Origin: Eledone cirrhosa
Taxonomy: Eukaryota
Direction: 5' to 3'
DNA: 64,000 nucleotides
NCBI GenBank assembly: GCA_964016885.1
Contig: OZ024748.1
Span: 57,164,001-57,228,000, forward strand
In this document: in pieces, positions 1 through 12,568 of the stretch
Numbering within the stretch: the first letter of the stretch is position 1
How the letters are laid out: each line of letters opens with the position of its first letter
The notes under the pieces: generated by a model
What the model saw: the letters and a program-made list of their open reading frames with translations, nothing else
The model's database searches: none
What the model was told of the DNA's origin: nothing
Program-made: the position numbers and the translations under genes

Positions 1-305
1 ATGAAAAAGAAAGACATATGAATGCTGAAAAAAAATGAATTCTGGAGATATTTGAGGGAAGAAAATGTGGCAAAAAAATTGATTTTCAGAGAAGGTTTAA
101 GCCCGCAGCTAGAGTCAAGGGAGATAGCTCTTCATAATTTAATTTCCATCGCATGTATTCCTGCACACATATATCACTCATTTCTACATACTTCATACGC
201 TTACATCTTCGTAAAATATATGTATATACACTTGCATGCATAAGCTCAAATGTGTGTGTGTATATATATATATATGTATGTATGTATATACATATGTATA
301 TACAG

Positions 306-346
<41 letters not shown>

Positions 347-709
347 CGTATGTGTGTGTGTGCATGTATGTGAGTGTGAGTGTGTGTGTGTGTATATAAA
401 TATTTCTCACTGTATATATAATTGCACACGGCTAAACTTCTAATCACACTCTTCTTTAGACGCAGGCAAGAGCATAAATATTCGGACAATATTTGCACAT
501 GCATGCATACGCACATATGAATATGCACATATAAGCACTCGTAGATGTGCACCCATATTCATTTGCACGAATTTGTCATTCATTCACACACTCATTTCTA
601 ATTAACACATTGACACACAAATAGAATCATAAGAAATAGGCAAATATGCCCACAACAATGACCTGACAATGAATGTGCTTGTGAAATTAACTTGTAAGAG
701 CTACATAGG

Positions 710-902
710 TAAGAATGTAAGGTAAAGTTAACCTCGGCGGGATTTGAACTCTGAACGTAAAGTGGCGTAACTCTATGCTACAAAGGTAAGAATGTAAGGT
801 AAAGCCTCGGCGGGATTTGAACTCTGAATGTAAAGTGACGTAATTCTATGCTACAAAGCATTTTGCCCAACGCTCCACCGATTCTGCCAAGCCAACGCCC
901 TT
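710..902 (-). mobile_element. tRNA-derived SINE (family S1), 5' part with internal duplication
   Basis: Reverse complement of gagttcaaatcccgccgaggttaacttt occurs twice (727-770, 803-840), followed by the head ...ctgccaagccaacgccc. Confidence 0.8.
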
Positions 903-1111
903 AAATAGGTAAATAATGAAATTTACTAATTTTTTTTACTACCATTTGTTTCTTTCGAACCCTCAAACTTTCATTCCTTCTACTTTGTAGTACTTTTCGT
1001 ATTAATGTTTTACTAACATCTTTCCACATCTCTCACTCGCTCGCATTGCTATCTTTATTAAATAATTCGCTCCCTTCACCTATTTATCTATCTATCTATC
1101 TATCTATCTAT

Positions 1112-1295
1112 TGGATTGACAGTATCGGTAGAGGGTCGGATGCCATGTTTTGCAGCAAAGAGTTACGTCCCTTTATGATCTGAGTTCAAATCATGGCTAC
1201 GTTAACTTTGCCTTTCATCCTTACGGGGTCGATAAAATAAAGTACCAGTAATACACTGAGATAATTGGTGGCCTTGTGCCAAAAGTAGAAACAAT
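1112..1295 (+). mobile_element. tRNA-derived SINE S1, full length
   Basis: Head tggattgacagtatcggtagagggtcgg, B-box gagttcaaatc, central gcctttcatccttacggggtcgataaaataaagtacc, tail ggccttgtgccaaaagtagaaacaat. Confidence 0.9.
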
Positions 1296-1312
1296 AAATA
1301 AAGAGAAAGATA

Positions 1313-1346
<34 letters not shown>

Positions 1347-1409
1347 ACTACATACCTACCTATCTATATATCTACAAATCTCTGTATCTATCTATCCATA
1401 TATATATAT

Positions 1410-2023
1410 AAATTAAGAAGAGCAGAACAAACAAACATTAAACAATTCTTCTTTAAAATAATTTTTTAAATGATTTAAATATTTACCCGTTCATAATGCT
1501 ATTACCGGCGGTTTCGCTTTACAAAAGGTTGGAGATTCGGAGAATTTCTAACGGAAAAGTAAAGTTCATCAGATAGCTATTTCTATACAGTAGGAAACTA
1601 GTCCCATAGTCTGCAAATATATTGCCAACTACCAGCTAGTGTGAGTAAGGCCGTTAGAATTACCCACACATGAACTGGTCACTAGAAAAAGCTGGAAATA
1701 TTAGACTCGTTAATGGCTATTCTGCTAAAAAAAAAAAAAGCAGTAAGCAGCAACGAATTTTTTTCTCAACATAGATAGGAGAATTCATAAAATGAGGTAA
1801 ATATCTCTCTGAGTACTAAGTACCCATAGAGATATATAGTGTGTCTATATTATAATTGGTGTTCAATGGTACTAATTCGAGATACAAGAACTATAAAAAT
1901 TAAGAAGAGCAGAACAAACAAACATTAAACAATTCTTTAAAAAAATTTTAAAAACGATTTAAATATTTACCCGTTCATAATGCTATTATCGGCTGTTTCG
2001 CTTTACAAAAGGTTAGAGATTCG
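1410..2023 (-). mobile_element. Non-coding Penelope/retrozyme-like unit in partial tandem (about 1.25 copies, period about 484-488 bp)
   Basis: 1410-1539 is repeated at 1898-2023; the repeated segment holds the 3' half of a hammerhead; the left end abuts (TA)n. Confidence 0.7.
1498..1577 (-). ncRNA. Type I hammerhead ribozyme with extended stem II
   Basis: Minus strand: gctat-CTGATGA-actttac...gtaaagc-GAAA-ccgccgg-T-A-atagc; stem I gctat/atagc and stem II ctttac/gtaaag pair. Confidence 0.8.
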
Positions 2024-2191
2024 AACTTGAACTGTTAAGATCTCCTTCCTGGATATGTCAATATTTATAAAACAAACTTTGTATTTTATCTGATGAGGAC
2101 GTACCAAAGTTTTGGTACGCTTGAAATATATATAATAGAATAAATATGGTTTTATAAATATGAATATAGTTTCCATTTATTAATATCATTG
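2024..2191 (+). mobile_element. Hammerhead-bearing short Penelope-type unit, family A (5' truncated)
   Basis: Homologous to 11469-11665, 16490-16638, 33541-33716 and 50520-50730; ends atagtttccatttattaatatcattg then (TA)n. Confidence 0.8.
2082..2142 (+). ncRNA. Minimal type I hammerhead ribozyme (intact core)
   Basis: tattttat-CTGATGA-gga cgtaccaaa gt tttggtacg ctt-GAAA-tatatat-A-atagaata; predicted cleavage after 2134. Confidence 0.85.
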
Positions 2192-2291
2192 ATATATATA
2201 TATACGTTATTCCGGGTTGAATCGGAGGTAACCACATTAAGTAAGGTACTCAATACATTGCAGAGTATAAAAGTTTTAATATGGATGAGAT

Positions 2292-2332
2292 TCTACAGGA
2301 CCAGAACTGTTTCATTCTTTAGAAATCATCAG
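2292..2332 (-). ncRNA. Hammerhead core lacking the 5' strand of stem I (truncated Penelope-type end, about 2205-2332)
   Basis: Minus strand: CTGATGA-tttctaaagaat-GAAA-cagttctgg-TC; the upstream side is replaced by (TA)n. Confidence 0.55.
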
Positions 2333-2337
2333 ATATA

Positions 2338-2430
2338 TATATGAAAGACGTAAAATAAGAAAATTAAAAAAATTAAATTTTAGTAAGTAAGTTAATTTTT
2401 ATAATTTTCTTATTTTACGTCTTTCATATA
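2338..2430. repeat. Short inverted repeat / hairpin
   Basis: tatatgaaagacgtaaaataagaaaatta ... taattttcttattttacgtctttcatata. Confidence 0.85.
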
Positions 2431-2538
2431 ATTGTTCTGCATCCCCTTGCATTGAACCACAAAGTTACTAAGACAAAACGTATATATTTGCTGGCATAGG
2501 TATGCATCTGTATATATATGTTGGTAGATATACTAATT

Positions 2539-2599
<61 letters not shown>

Positions 2600-2819
2600 C
2601 CTCTGAATAAATCTATTTATCTATCTATCATTATCTATCTATCATGTTCCCTTCTCATCGCAGCCAGCGGTAGTCCATTATATATTTCATCGCCATGTTG
2701 ACGCAGTCTTTCTGCATCAGAACGCATGCCAAAGGATGAGCACTATAACGGAAATGCAATAAAAATAGAATGTAAATCAGAAACGAAGCGTTCACGTTTA
2801 CGTTTACGTGGGAAGAGGA

Positions 2820-3850
2820 TGATGTGGTGGTGGTGATGGTGGTGGCGGTGGGAGAGGGGGGGTCGTTGTCTCCATTGTGCTTGTGTTGGTGTTGGTGTAG
2901 GTAGCGGAGGTGGTGGTGGTGATGGTGGTGTGTGTGGGGAGGGGGAGGGGGAGGGTCGTTGTCTTCGTTGTGCTGGTGTTGGTGTTGGTGTGGGTAGCGG
3001 AGGTGGTGGTGGTGAGGGTGGCGGTGTGTGTGTGTGGGGGGGGGGGGGTCTTCATTGTGCTGGTGTTGGTGTTGGTGTGGGTAGCGGAGGTGGTGGTGGT
3101 GAGGGTGGCGGTGTGTGTGTGGGGGGGGGTCTTCATTGTGCTGGTGTTGGTGTTGGTAGCGGAGGTGGTGGTGTTGAAGGTGGCGATTGTTGTTGTTAGT
3201 GTTGTTGTTGGTTGTGCTGTTGTGTGGAGGGTGGCATCGTCGTCGTCGTGCTGTCGTTGTTGGTGTTGGTGTTGATGATGGTGGTGTTAGTGTTGTTGTT
3301 GGTGGTGGTGTCGTCGTCTTCGTCGTGCTACTGGTGTCGGTGTCGATGACGGAGGTAATGGTGTTTGATAGTGCTAGTGTTAGTGTTGTTGTTGGTGGTG
3401 GTGTTGCTGTGTGGTGGTGTCGTCGTCGTCGTGCTGTTGGTGGTGGTGTTAGTGTTGTTGTTGTTGGTGGTGGTGTCGTCGTCTTCATCGTGCTATTGGT
3501 GGTGGTGTCGGTGGCGGAGGTAATGGTGTTGCTGGTGGTGGTGTTGCTGTCGGTAGTGGAGGTGGTGGTGTTGATGGTGGTGGTGATAGTGTTGTTGTTA
3601 TTGGTGGTGGTGGTGTTGCTGTGTGGTGTCGTCGTCGTCGTCGTGCTGTTGGTGTTGGTGTCGGTGGCGGAGGTGGTGGCGTTGATGGTGGCAGTGTTGG
3701 TGTTGTTGTTGTTGCTGGTGGTGGTTTGTGGGGGTGTCGTCCTCGTCGTCGTACTAGTGTTACTGGCATTGTTGGTGATGCCGGGGGAAGGGATGTTGTT
3801 GATGGGGGTGGAGTGATGATGGTGGTGATAGTGTTGTTGTTGCTGGTGGT
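2820..3850. repeat. GT-rich degenerate (GGT/GTT)n low-complexity array with higher-order units of about 75-85 bp
   Basis: Recurring gtcttcattgtgctggtgttggtgttggtgtgggtagcggaggtggtggtg. Confidence 0.85.
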
Positions 3851-3854
3851 GGTG

Positions 3855-4550
3855 GTGGTAGTGGTTATGTTAGTGGCAGTGGTGATGGTGGTAGTGGTTA
3901 TGTTAGTGGCAGTGGTGGTGGTGGTAGTGGTTATGTTAGTGGCAGTGGTGGTGCTGGTAGTGGTTATGTTAGTGGCAGTGGTGGTGCTGGTAGTGGTTAT
4001 GTTAGTGGCAGTGGTGGTGCTGGTAGTGGTTATGTTAGTGGCAGTGGTGGTACTGGTAGTGGTTATGTTAGTGGCAGTGGTGGTGCTGGTAGTGGTTATG
4101 TTAGTGGCAGTGGTGGTGCTGGTAGTGGTTATGTTAGTGGCAGTGGTGGTGGTGGTAGTGGTTATGTTAGTGGCAGTGGTGGTGCTGGTAGTGGTTATGT
4201 TAGTGGCAGTGGTGGTGCTGGTAGTGGTTATGTTAGTGGCAGTGGTGGTGCTGGTAGTGGTTATGTTAGTGGCAGTGGTGGTGCTGGTAGTGGTTATGTT
4301 AGTGGCAGTGGTGGTGCTGGTAGTGGTTATGTTAGTGTCAGTGGTGGTGCTGGTAGTGGTTATGTTAATGGCAGTGGTGGTGCTGGTAGTGGTTATGTTA
4401 GTGGCAGTGGTGGTGCTGGTAGTGGTTATGTTAGTGGCAGTGGTGGTGCTGGTAGTGGTTATGTTAGTGTCAGTGGTGGTGCTGGTAGTGGTTATGTTAG
4501 TGTCAGTGGTGGTGTTGGTAGTGGTTATGTTAGTGGCAGTGGTGGTGGTA
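3855..4550. repeat. 33-bp minisatellite, about 21 copies
   Basis: Unit gtagtggttatgttagtggcagtggtggtgctg, very homogeneous. Confidence 0.95.
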
Positions 4551-5384
4551 ATGTAAAACGAAAAGCGGTATTTGGATTCTAAACGACTTCGGACAGTATA
4601 TGGTGTGGGGTGAAGCGGAACCCTAAGCAACTCAAGATCGATTCTTTACCATTAAATATAGTAATAAGAATCATCTCTAGCATTGACCCGTGCCTACAAA
4701 TATTGAGAGATGTGGGAAGGGGTGTATTCGATTATATCAAATATGCCTCTTATCTAGTATTTATTTCTTGCAATCCATTCGCTATCTTGAGTTTCCAGTT
4801 TCGATCCGTCTTCTCGACATCTTGGGCAAATAAATATTTTTACCATAGCTTTGGATTGACCCAAGTCTTGTTAGTTAAATAGGGATAACATGAAGTATAT
4901 GGACTCCCATCACGTGAGTGGTGCCTGTAATTCACACGCCCAGTCTTGTCAAGTATTGTAGCGTGCCGACACGGCTTGGGATGAAGTTTAAGGCTACACA
5001 TGGTTGCAGAATACTCAATCACTTATGCGTTAACTCACGAGTTGTGAATTCAGTTGCACGAATTTATTCGCGCTCTTTGAGATCTGAATTCAAATCTCGC
5101 CAAATTCCACTTTACGTTTCATTCTGTAGAGGTCGATAAATAAACTTTTACTTTAGTACTGGTGTAGTTACTTCTTCTCTTTCTCTTTGTCACTTTTCTT
5201 TCTCTTTATCTCACTTCTATATTTCTTTGTCACCTCTTTCTCCGCTTCTCACATTTTTCTCTCTTTCTCACTTCTATCTCTGTTTCTCAATTCTCTATTC
5301 CTCTTTCTCACTTTTATTGTCTCTGTCTCACTTCTCTTTCTCTCTGCCTCCTCTCTTGCTTTCTTTGTCCTTCTCTTAAGAAAT

Positions 5385-5562
5385 AATTGTTTCTACTTTA
5401 GGCACAAGACCAGCAATTATCCAGTGCATTACTGGTACTTTATTTTATCAACCCCGTAAGGATGAAAGGCAAAGTCAACCTCGGCGGGATTTGAACTCAG
5501 ATCATAAAGGGACGTAACTATGCTGGAAAGCATGGTGTCCGACCCTCTACTGATACTGCCAA
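5385..5562 (-). mobile_element. tRNA-derived SINE S1
   Basis: Reverse complement of the S1 consensus, tail through head. Confidence 0.9.
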
Positions 5563-6129
5563 ATTGTGTTCAGCCCTAAAGAGTGATGGTCTCCACAAGG
5601 TTTCTCATGCCCAAGACACACAGTGTGTCAGAACTGCACCTCTACGATTCCTTGGTCAGATAGGATTGTTTATATTGTACTTGTTTTTGTTCCTCTTGAC
5701 ATTGTTCTCATTGACCTTGTTTAACCATCGATTGTCTCTGAGAGAAACTATCTATATTCAAAGACAATCCAGTCGTGACTGTTACGTCATTATATTATCT
5801 TGTTATTAATTTTCTCGTTATTTACCTCCAGGACTGTCGTGCTCTATTCACTAGAGCTACGATCAAAGACATTTCAACCGAGTCTACGGCATAGCTTACC
5901 CAGGCACAAAGTACTTCGGCCCACACAATCCAATGTATCATTCTCTTTAAGGCGGTAGTTTATTATTTGAGTGAGATTTGGGTGAAATTTCTAGCAATTT
6001 GAGTTAATGCTTAGATGTCTCATTCGCTGGTCCACAAACAGTGGATGTTTTACAGAAGAAAATCCAACTAGTTTCATTTTTGAAACGATTTGATGGTATT
6101 TCATAAGAAGGTAGATTGTACTTTGAGTA

Positions 6130-6325
6130 AGATGATGATGATAACGATGATGATGATTGTGATGATGATGATAACGATGATGATGATTGTGATGATGATG
6201 ATAACGATGATGATGATTGTGATGATGATGATAACGATGATGATGATTGTGATGATGATGATAACGATGATGATGAGAACGATGATGATGATAACGATAA
6301 TAATGATAACGATGATGATAATAAC

Positions 6326-6363
<38 letters not shown>

Positions 6364-7133
6364 GAAGGCGAGGTAAGATGAGGAGAACGAGGAGAAGGAA
6401 AATGAGAGGAAGAGAGGAGGCTGAAGATGGCAAAGATGATGATGATGAAGTTGGTGATGATGTTGATGATGATGATGAGGAGGAGGAGGAGGTAGAAGAT
6501 GGATGAGGAGGTAGAAATGGAGGAGGCGGAGGAAGAGGGGTTTGAAGATGAAGATGATGATGATGATCGTGGTCATCATCATCATCATCATTGTGGTGGT
6601 AGTAGTAGTGATTAGGGTATTTTCATTTTGATAAGAATGAAGAAGACAGATGAGGAGGATGATGATGATGATAAAATGGATGTAGAGAAGAAGGACGATG
6701 AGAAGTAGGAGGAGGATGGGGGTGGGTGGGAACGGAGAAGGGGGTGATTGGGGTGTAGGAGGAGGTGGAGGAGGGGGTGAAGAGGGAGGATGCTGTTGAT
6801 AAAGATGAAGTTGATAGATGATGATGATTAAGTTAATGATTATGGTGAATATCATAATTTGAACGACAGTAGTGATGATGATGATGATGGTGATGACGAT
6901 GATGATGATGACGATGATGATGATGATAATGATGATGATGGATGGTGATTATGATGATGATGATGATGGATTTTGATGACGAAGATGGTGGTATTGATGA
7001 TGATTAAGATGATCACGACCATTATCATGATCGTAATGATGGTGATGATGATGATTAAGCTGAACAAGCTGATCATGAACATGATGATGATGATGGTGAT
7101 GATGATGATGAAGCTGATCAAGCTCATTATGAA

Positions 7134-7164
<31 letters not shown>

Positions 7165-7550
7165 AAGCTGATCAAGCTCATCATGAAGATGATGATGATG
7201 ATGGTGGTGATGATGATGAAGCTGATGAAGCTCATCATGAAGATGATGATGATGATGGTGATGATGATGATGAAGCCGATCAAGCTCATTATGAACATGA
7301 TGATGATGATGGTGATGATGATGATTAAGCTGATCAAGCTCATCATGAAGATGATGATGATGATGGTGGTGATGATGATGAAGCTGATGAAGCTCATCAT
7401 GAAGATGATGATGATGATGGTGATGATGATGATGAAGCTGATCAAGCGCATCATGAAGATGATGATGATGATGGTGATGATGATGATGATGACAATGATT
7501 GCGGTGATGTACAATGATTCTGATTAAGATAATTATGATGATGGTGATTC
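6130..7550. repeat. (GAT)n-derived low-complexity region with 30-bp (6131-6290) and about 54-57-bp (7040-7490) minisatellites
   Basis: Units gatgatgatgataacgatgatgatgattgt and ...aagctgatcaagctcatcatgaagatgatg... Confidence 0.9.
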
Positions 7551-7993
7551 TATTCGTATTTTTTAGGTGATGGCGAATGTTGCTATTATTTAAGAGTCGA
7601 TATTTTTTTAATTTATATATTTACTTGTTTATTTATTTTATTTATTGTTAGTGTTCCTTATTATCATTTCTTTATTATTATTATTCTTTTTTTTTTTGTT
7701 TTTTTTTTTCAAAATTCTGTTTTGCGTAATTATCTTTTTCAATAGTTGATTTGTGTTATTGTGGAGTTGGTGTGAAGGGAGTGAAAGAGCGTCGATGGAG
7801 GACGTGGGTGGCAATGTTATGCATTACCAAAACAAAAACATTCTCGGTATGTTTCCACACACATAGTGATTCTGTTAAAGAAAACTTGATGAGGTTACCA
7901 AAACAAATGAACTACCAGAAAAACACGAAGAAGAAGAAGAAAACGTGTGGGCTGGAAGAAATAAAAGACATTAATTATTATTATCATTATTAT

Positions 7994-8182
7994 AGGGCGG
8001 TGGATTGGCAGTATCGGTAGAGGGTCGAACGCTATGCTTTGACGCATAGAGTTACGGCCCTTGCCATTCTGAGTTCAAATCCCCCCGAGGTTAACTTTGC
8101 CTTTCATCCTTACGGGTTCGATAAAATAAAGTACCAGTAATACACTGGAATAATTGCTGGCCTTGTGCCAATAGTAGAAACA

Positions 8183-8185
<3 letters not shown>
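7994..8185 (+). mobile_element. tRNA-derived SINE S1, full length, (TTA)n tail
   Basis: agggcggtggattggcagtatcggtagagg...gagttcaaatc...agtagaaacaattatt. Confidence 0.9.
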
Positions 8186-8221
<36 letters not shown>

Positions 8222-8710
8222 GTTCTTTGAGTGTCAGTCATTGATGTTATTTAACTGGAAAGTTTGTTGAAATGAATATCAAGCCGCTACCTGCAGCCTC
8301 AGACATTCAGGGCGTATCGGAGGGTTCTTGCTGTTCCCAGCAAGCATGCCTTTTGAAATGTTCCAAAAAGTGGGGCTGGACTAATCTTCTTTAACCATCC
8401 TTGGAAACTCTTTGAGATAGTATCTAGTGCGCCTATGACAATGGGGACAACCTTGATTTCATGGCAGTTCCAAATCCTTTTTACCTCCCACTTAAAGTCC
8501 TGGTATCGGTTAATTTTCTCCCTCTCCTTTTCTTGCACTCTCGTGTCAAATGGGCAGGCCACATCTACAATCAGGCACGATCTTTTTTCCTTGTCCAAAA
8601 CCACCAGGTCAGGCCTATTGTGTTCTAATTTCTTGTCCGTCTGTATCCTAAAATCCCATAGCACCTTCACCTGATCGTTTTCTATCACCGACTCTGGCTT
8701 ATGCTCATAC
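8222..8710 (-). mobile_element. 5'-truncated R4/Dong-like non-LTR retrotransposon 3' end (restriction-like endonuclease)
   Basis: ORF 8299-8688: LWDFRIQTD..HNRPDLVVLDK..LIVDVACP..EK..RY..VVPIVIGAL, a PD..D RLE motif; (TTA)n on both sides. Confidence 0.88.
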
Positions 8711-8754
<44 letters not shown>

Positions 8755-9619
8755 CCATCATCATTATGACAACACTACTAACGATAGTGGGGTGATCATT
8801 ATTATAATAACATTGTATAACAATAGTAACGATGATGATGATGATATGAATACAACGATGAATATAACGATGATGATGATGATAATGATAAACTTCATAA
8901 TCTTGCTAATATTATCAACAACAACAACAACAATAATTGTTATTATTTCGTTATAACAATAATAGCAATAATAATAATAGTAATAATAATAATAACAATA
9001 AGAACAATAACAATGACAAGAAGAACAATAATAATTATTAATTAATTCCGTTAATTCTGGAATGATTCTAATCAATTGATGAACAGATGCCAATGACTTC
9101 CTGCTGTGTCAATAATCCGAAACATTTGGCGCTCAAAAAATAATGGTTGTTTCACCGGAAATGCCTCCATGTTGAGAGATTGGTCAGTAGAAGGTGGTGT
9201 GCTTTGAAACTAAAAAACAAATCTCCCCCTCCCCCACCAAAGAATCCAAAGACAAATAAAAAAAATTATAATAATAAAGAAATCGCTTATTGTTTTATTT
9301 TGCTTTTTTTAAGGGAGTTGAGGTATCGGGGAGTGGTGAGTGACGGAGTGGGGAGCTAGTTTTGTTTTGTTTTGTCTTTTGTTTGCGTTTGCATATTTTG
9401 TTTTTGTTTATTTCCGTATTTTCTTAGCATTTTAATTATTTTATTTACTAATTTTATATATTTTATTTTATATATATATTTTTTTTTATTTTATTTTTAT
9501 TTTTTATTTATTATCATTTTTTTAAATCTTTTTTTTGTTTTGTAATTTCAGAAAATATAATTCAGAACCACCATCCAACAGTGATGACAGTTTTTTCATA
9601 ATGAGATTTTCCTCATCTG

Positions 9620-10900
9620 CCCTGATTTAAATAACCCACCTCACCCCAACTAGCACCACCTAAACCACCACCTAACCAAATTAGCTAACATATCCACTAC
9701 AACACTATACTGCCATAGTAAATAGTTCCCACTACATACCATCACCACATAATCAAATGAAAAATAACTACATCATCACACAACCAAACCAAAAGAATTT
9801 CCACCACCGAACCCACTAAGCTAAAATAACTGCTACCACCATCACCTCTACCACAACTATAAGTCAGAATAACACCTCAGCATAAGACCAGATTATAACA
9901 TCCCCTGCTATAGAAAACAAATAGTTATTACCTCACCATAATTACCATATCACCAAAACAATTAACACTAATATTAGGAACACACCGAACCACTACTCTG
10001 CCATACAACCACTACACCACCGATATGCAAATAAGACACCAACACAACAGCACGAAACACATGACCACCACAACTTCATCACCAAAACAAATAACAAAAA
10101 AAAATGAAACAAAAAAATAACAACAACCATATCACTAAACAAAAATAACTATTAGTAGACACCCATCCTACCACAACCCTACCGTTCAACCACTACACCA
10201 CTAGCATAGAACTAAACCACCGACACAAATACACGTAAGAAAATATGACCATCACTACATTAACCAAATAACAAAGACGGAAAAATAACCACAACCATAT
10301 CACCAAACACAATTAACTCCTAATATTAGGCACCTACTGCGCCGCTACCCTACCATATAACCACTACACCACCAACATTAGTTCAAATCCCGCCGATGTT
10401 AACTTTGCCTTTCATCCTTACGGGGGCGATAAAATAAAGTACCAGTAATGTACTTGGTAATTGCTGGCCTTGTGCCAAAAGTGGAAACAATTATAAGTAC
10501 AACACCGTCTCAATAATATCTAACTAAACATAACCAACACTGCATTACCAAGCCAAGTAACAAAACCCCCCCAAAATATTCTCAACTACATCACCAAACA
10601 AAAATATTTAATAAAACCAGACACACCACCAACATTACTAATACAACACTGATACAAGAATTTGTAACTAAACATGACCACCACTGCATCACCAAATCAA
10701 ATAGCAAAAGCCACCCCCCAAAAAAGCTGCAACATCATCCAATCGAAAATAACTACCAAAATGCAGATAAGCACCACTCTACTACCATACAGCCATGACA
10801 CCACTAAACAAAAATAATCACTACTATAACATGAAATCTAACTACCATCATTATATTAATCCAAATTAACCATATTCACCACAACGTAGGAAGAAAATAT
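9620..10900. repeat. Decayed AC-rich tandem repeat, period about 170-180 bp, interrupted by a SINE
   Basis: accatatcaccaaa...atattagg...caaccactacaccac...acatgaccac recurs near 9945, 10125, 10295 and 10585. Confidence 0.6.
10380..10492 (+). mobile_element. SINE S1, 5'-truncated at the B-box
   Basis: agttcaaatcccgccgatgttaactttgcctttcatcc...gtggaaacaatt. Confidence 0.88.
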
Positions 10901-10954
10901 TTGCCATCACATAAAGAAAGCAACCTAACCAGATTTTTCCAGATTTTTATACTA

Positions 10955-11134
10955 CCGTATTTCCCAGTCTCGAAGACGCTACTTTTTTCATAAAATAAGT
11001 CTCAAAAATCTACCATGTATCCTGGAGGCCGAAGGTTGTTTGAAAGTAGAAACAATTATTTTTTCCAAATTTTTGGTTGTCAAAATTAGGGTGCGTCTTC
11101 GAGGACGAAGCGTCTGTGGTGCCGGGAAATACGG
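10955..11134. mobile_element. MITE (Tc1/mariner-pogo type) with TA target duplication
   Basis: ta-ccgtatttccc...gggaaatacgg-ta terminal inverted repeats, with internal cgaagacgc/gcgtcttcg. Confidence 0.8.
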
Positions 11135-11512
11135 TAATATTTGAAGAAGATATGGCTGCAATTTCTTAGATTAAGAGAGGCTGATATTAATCTGGCTTTC
11201 AGAGATTCTTTTAACTTATACATACAACTCATTTTTCATATCCCCTCAATATATAAGTATGAAATACTTGGTACTCCGAGTATATATATCTATAAATCAG
11301 GATGGATTCAGTTTGAAACTGGTTAGGCATTACTCAACAGAGTACTCGAATCTTGAATTAGTAGTGTATGGTTATATAATAAAGAGTCGGGATCAACAGC
11401 TTGTTTCAGTTTGAGTGTGGAGAATAAGTACTCAATACTGACGCTATATTTATATATATATATATATACCATGATATTAAATAAATGGAAACTATATTTA
11501 TAAAACCATATT

Positions 11513-11577
11513 TATTTTATTATATATATTTCAAGGGCAACCAAGCCAATCTTGGTGTGCTTTCATCAGATAAAATA
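11513..11577 (-). ncRNA. Minimal type I hammerhead ribozyme (family A unit 11469-11665)
   Basis: Minus strand: tattttat-CTGATGA-aagcac accaag attgg cttggt tgccctt-GAAA-tatatat-A-ataaaata. Confidence 0.8.
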
Positions 11578-11663
11578 CAAAGTTTGTTTTATAAATAAAG
11601 ACGTACCCATGAAGTTTCAACCTTATCGGTCGAAAATTCGCTGGATAGTGGAAACATATTAGG

Positions 11664-11748
<85 letters not shown>

Positions 11749-12110
11749 CTAAATGATGAGTCTTGTTATAATGGAATTTCACTTGTGTTTTATATAAGAA
11801 AATCAGACAAGACTTTTCTGATGATCCTGTACCTATACATAATACATAACCATAATTTAAAAAAATAATATATACATATATATTTATATATATGTGTGTG
11901 TGCGTGTTTTCGTGTGTGTATAAGTTACATATCTTTATGCCAGTGTCTCTTGTGCAAAGATAACATAATGACATTAAACATTTTTCCAGAAGAAATACAT
12001 AGGCAATCCATTTAATCTTATATAGTTATATTAAATATTACAAATGCTGCCCCTTTTTCAAACATAAACTGAGTGTTTCTTTGTAACTAGCTAGCTAATT
12101 ATGACCCAGC

Positions 12111-12199
<89 letters not shown>

Positions 12200-12517
12200 A
12201 ACACACAATTTTTGTGGGTAGATGTGTGTATGTAGGACTGTATGAGTCTACAAAGTGTGCGTGTAAGTGACTTTTGTGTAGAACCGTTTGTGTATTTGTG
12301 TATACGCATGTGTGTATATATATGAGGTTACGTATATGTGTTATGTATATATGTGAATATGTATGTATGTATGTATGTATGTAGGCATGTATATGCATGT
12401 ATGCATGTGTATGTATGCATGTAATAGCTTTAAGTGTATGCGTGACGCTATGTGTGATAATATCTACGTATGTAGATTCATGTATGTGTATATATATATA
12501 TATATATGTATACATAG

Positions 12518-12568
<51 letters not shown>

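Noticed and set aside
1112-1200. tRNA gene calls for SINE heads
   Set aside because: They have A/B boxes but no cloverleaf, and continue into SINE bodies
6004-7527. Poly-M, poly-I, poly-S and acidic ORFs
   Set aside because: Derived from (GAT)n arrays that are open in several frames; no unique domain
11818-11830. Isolated CTGATGA
   Set aside because: No stem II or downstream GAAA
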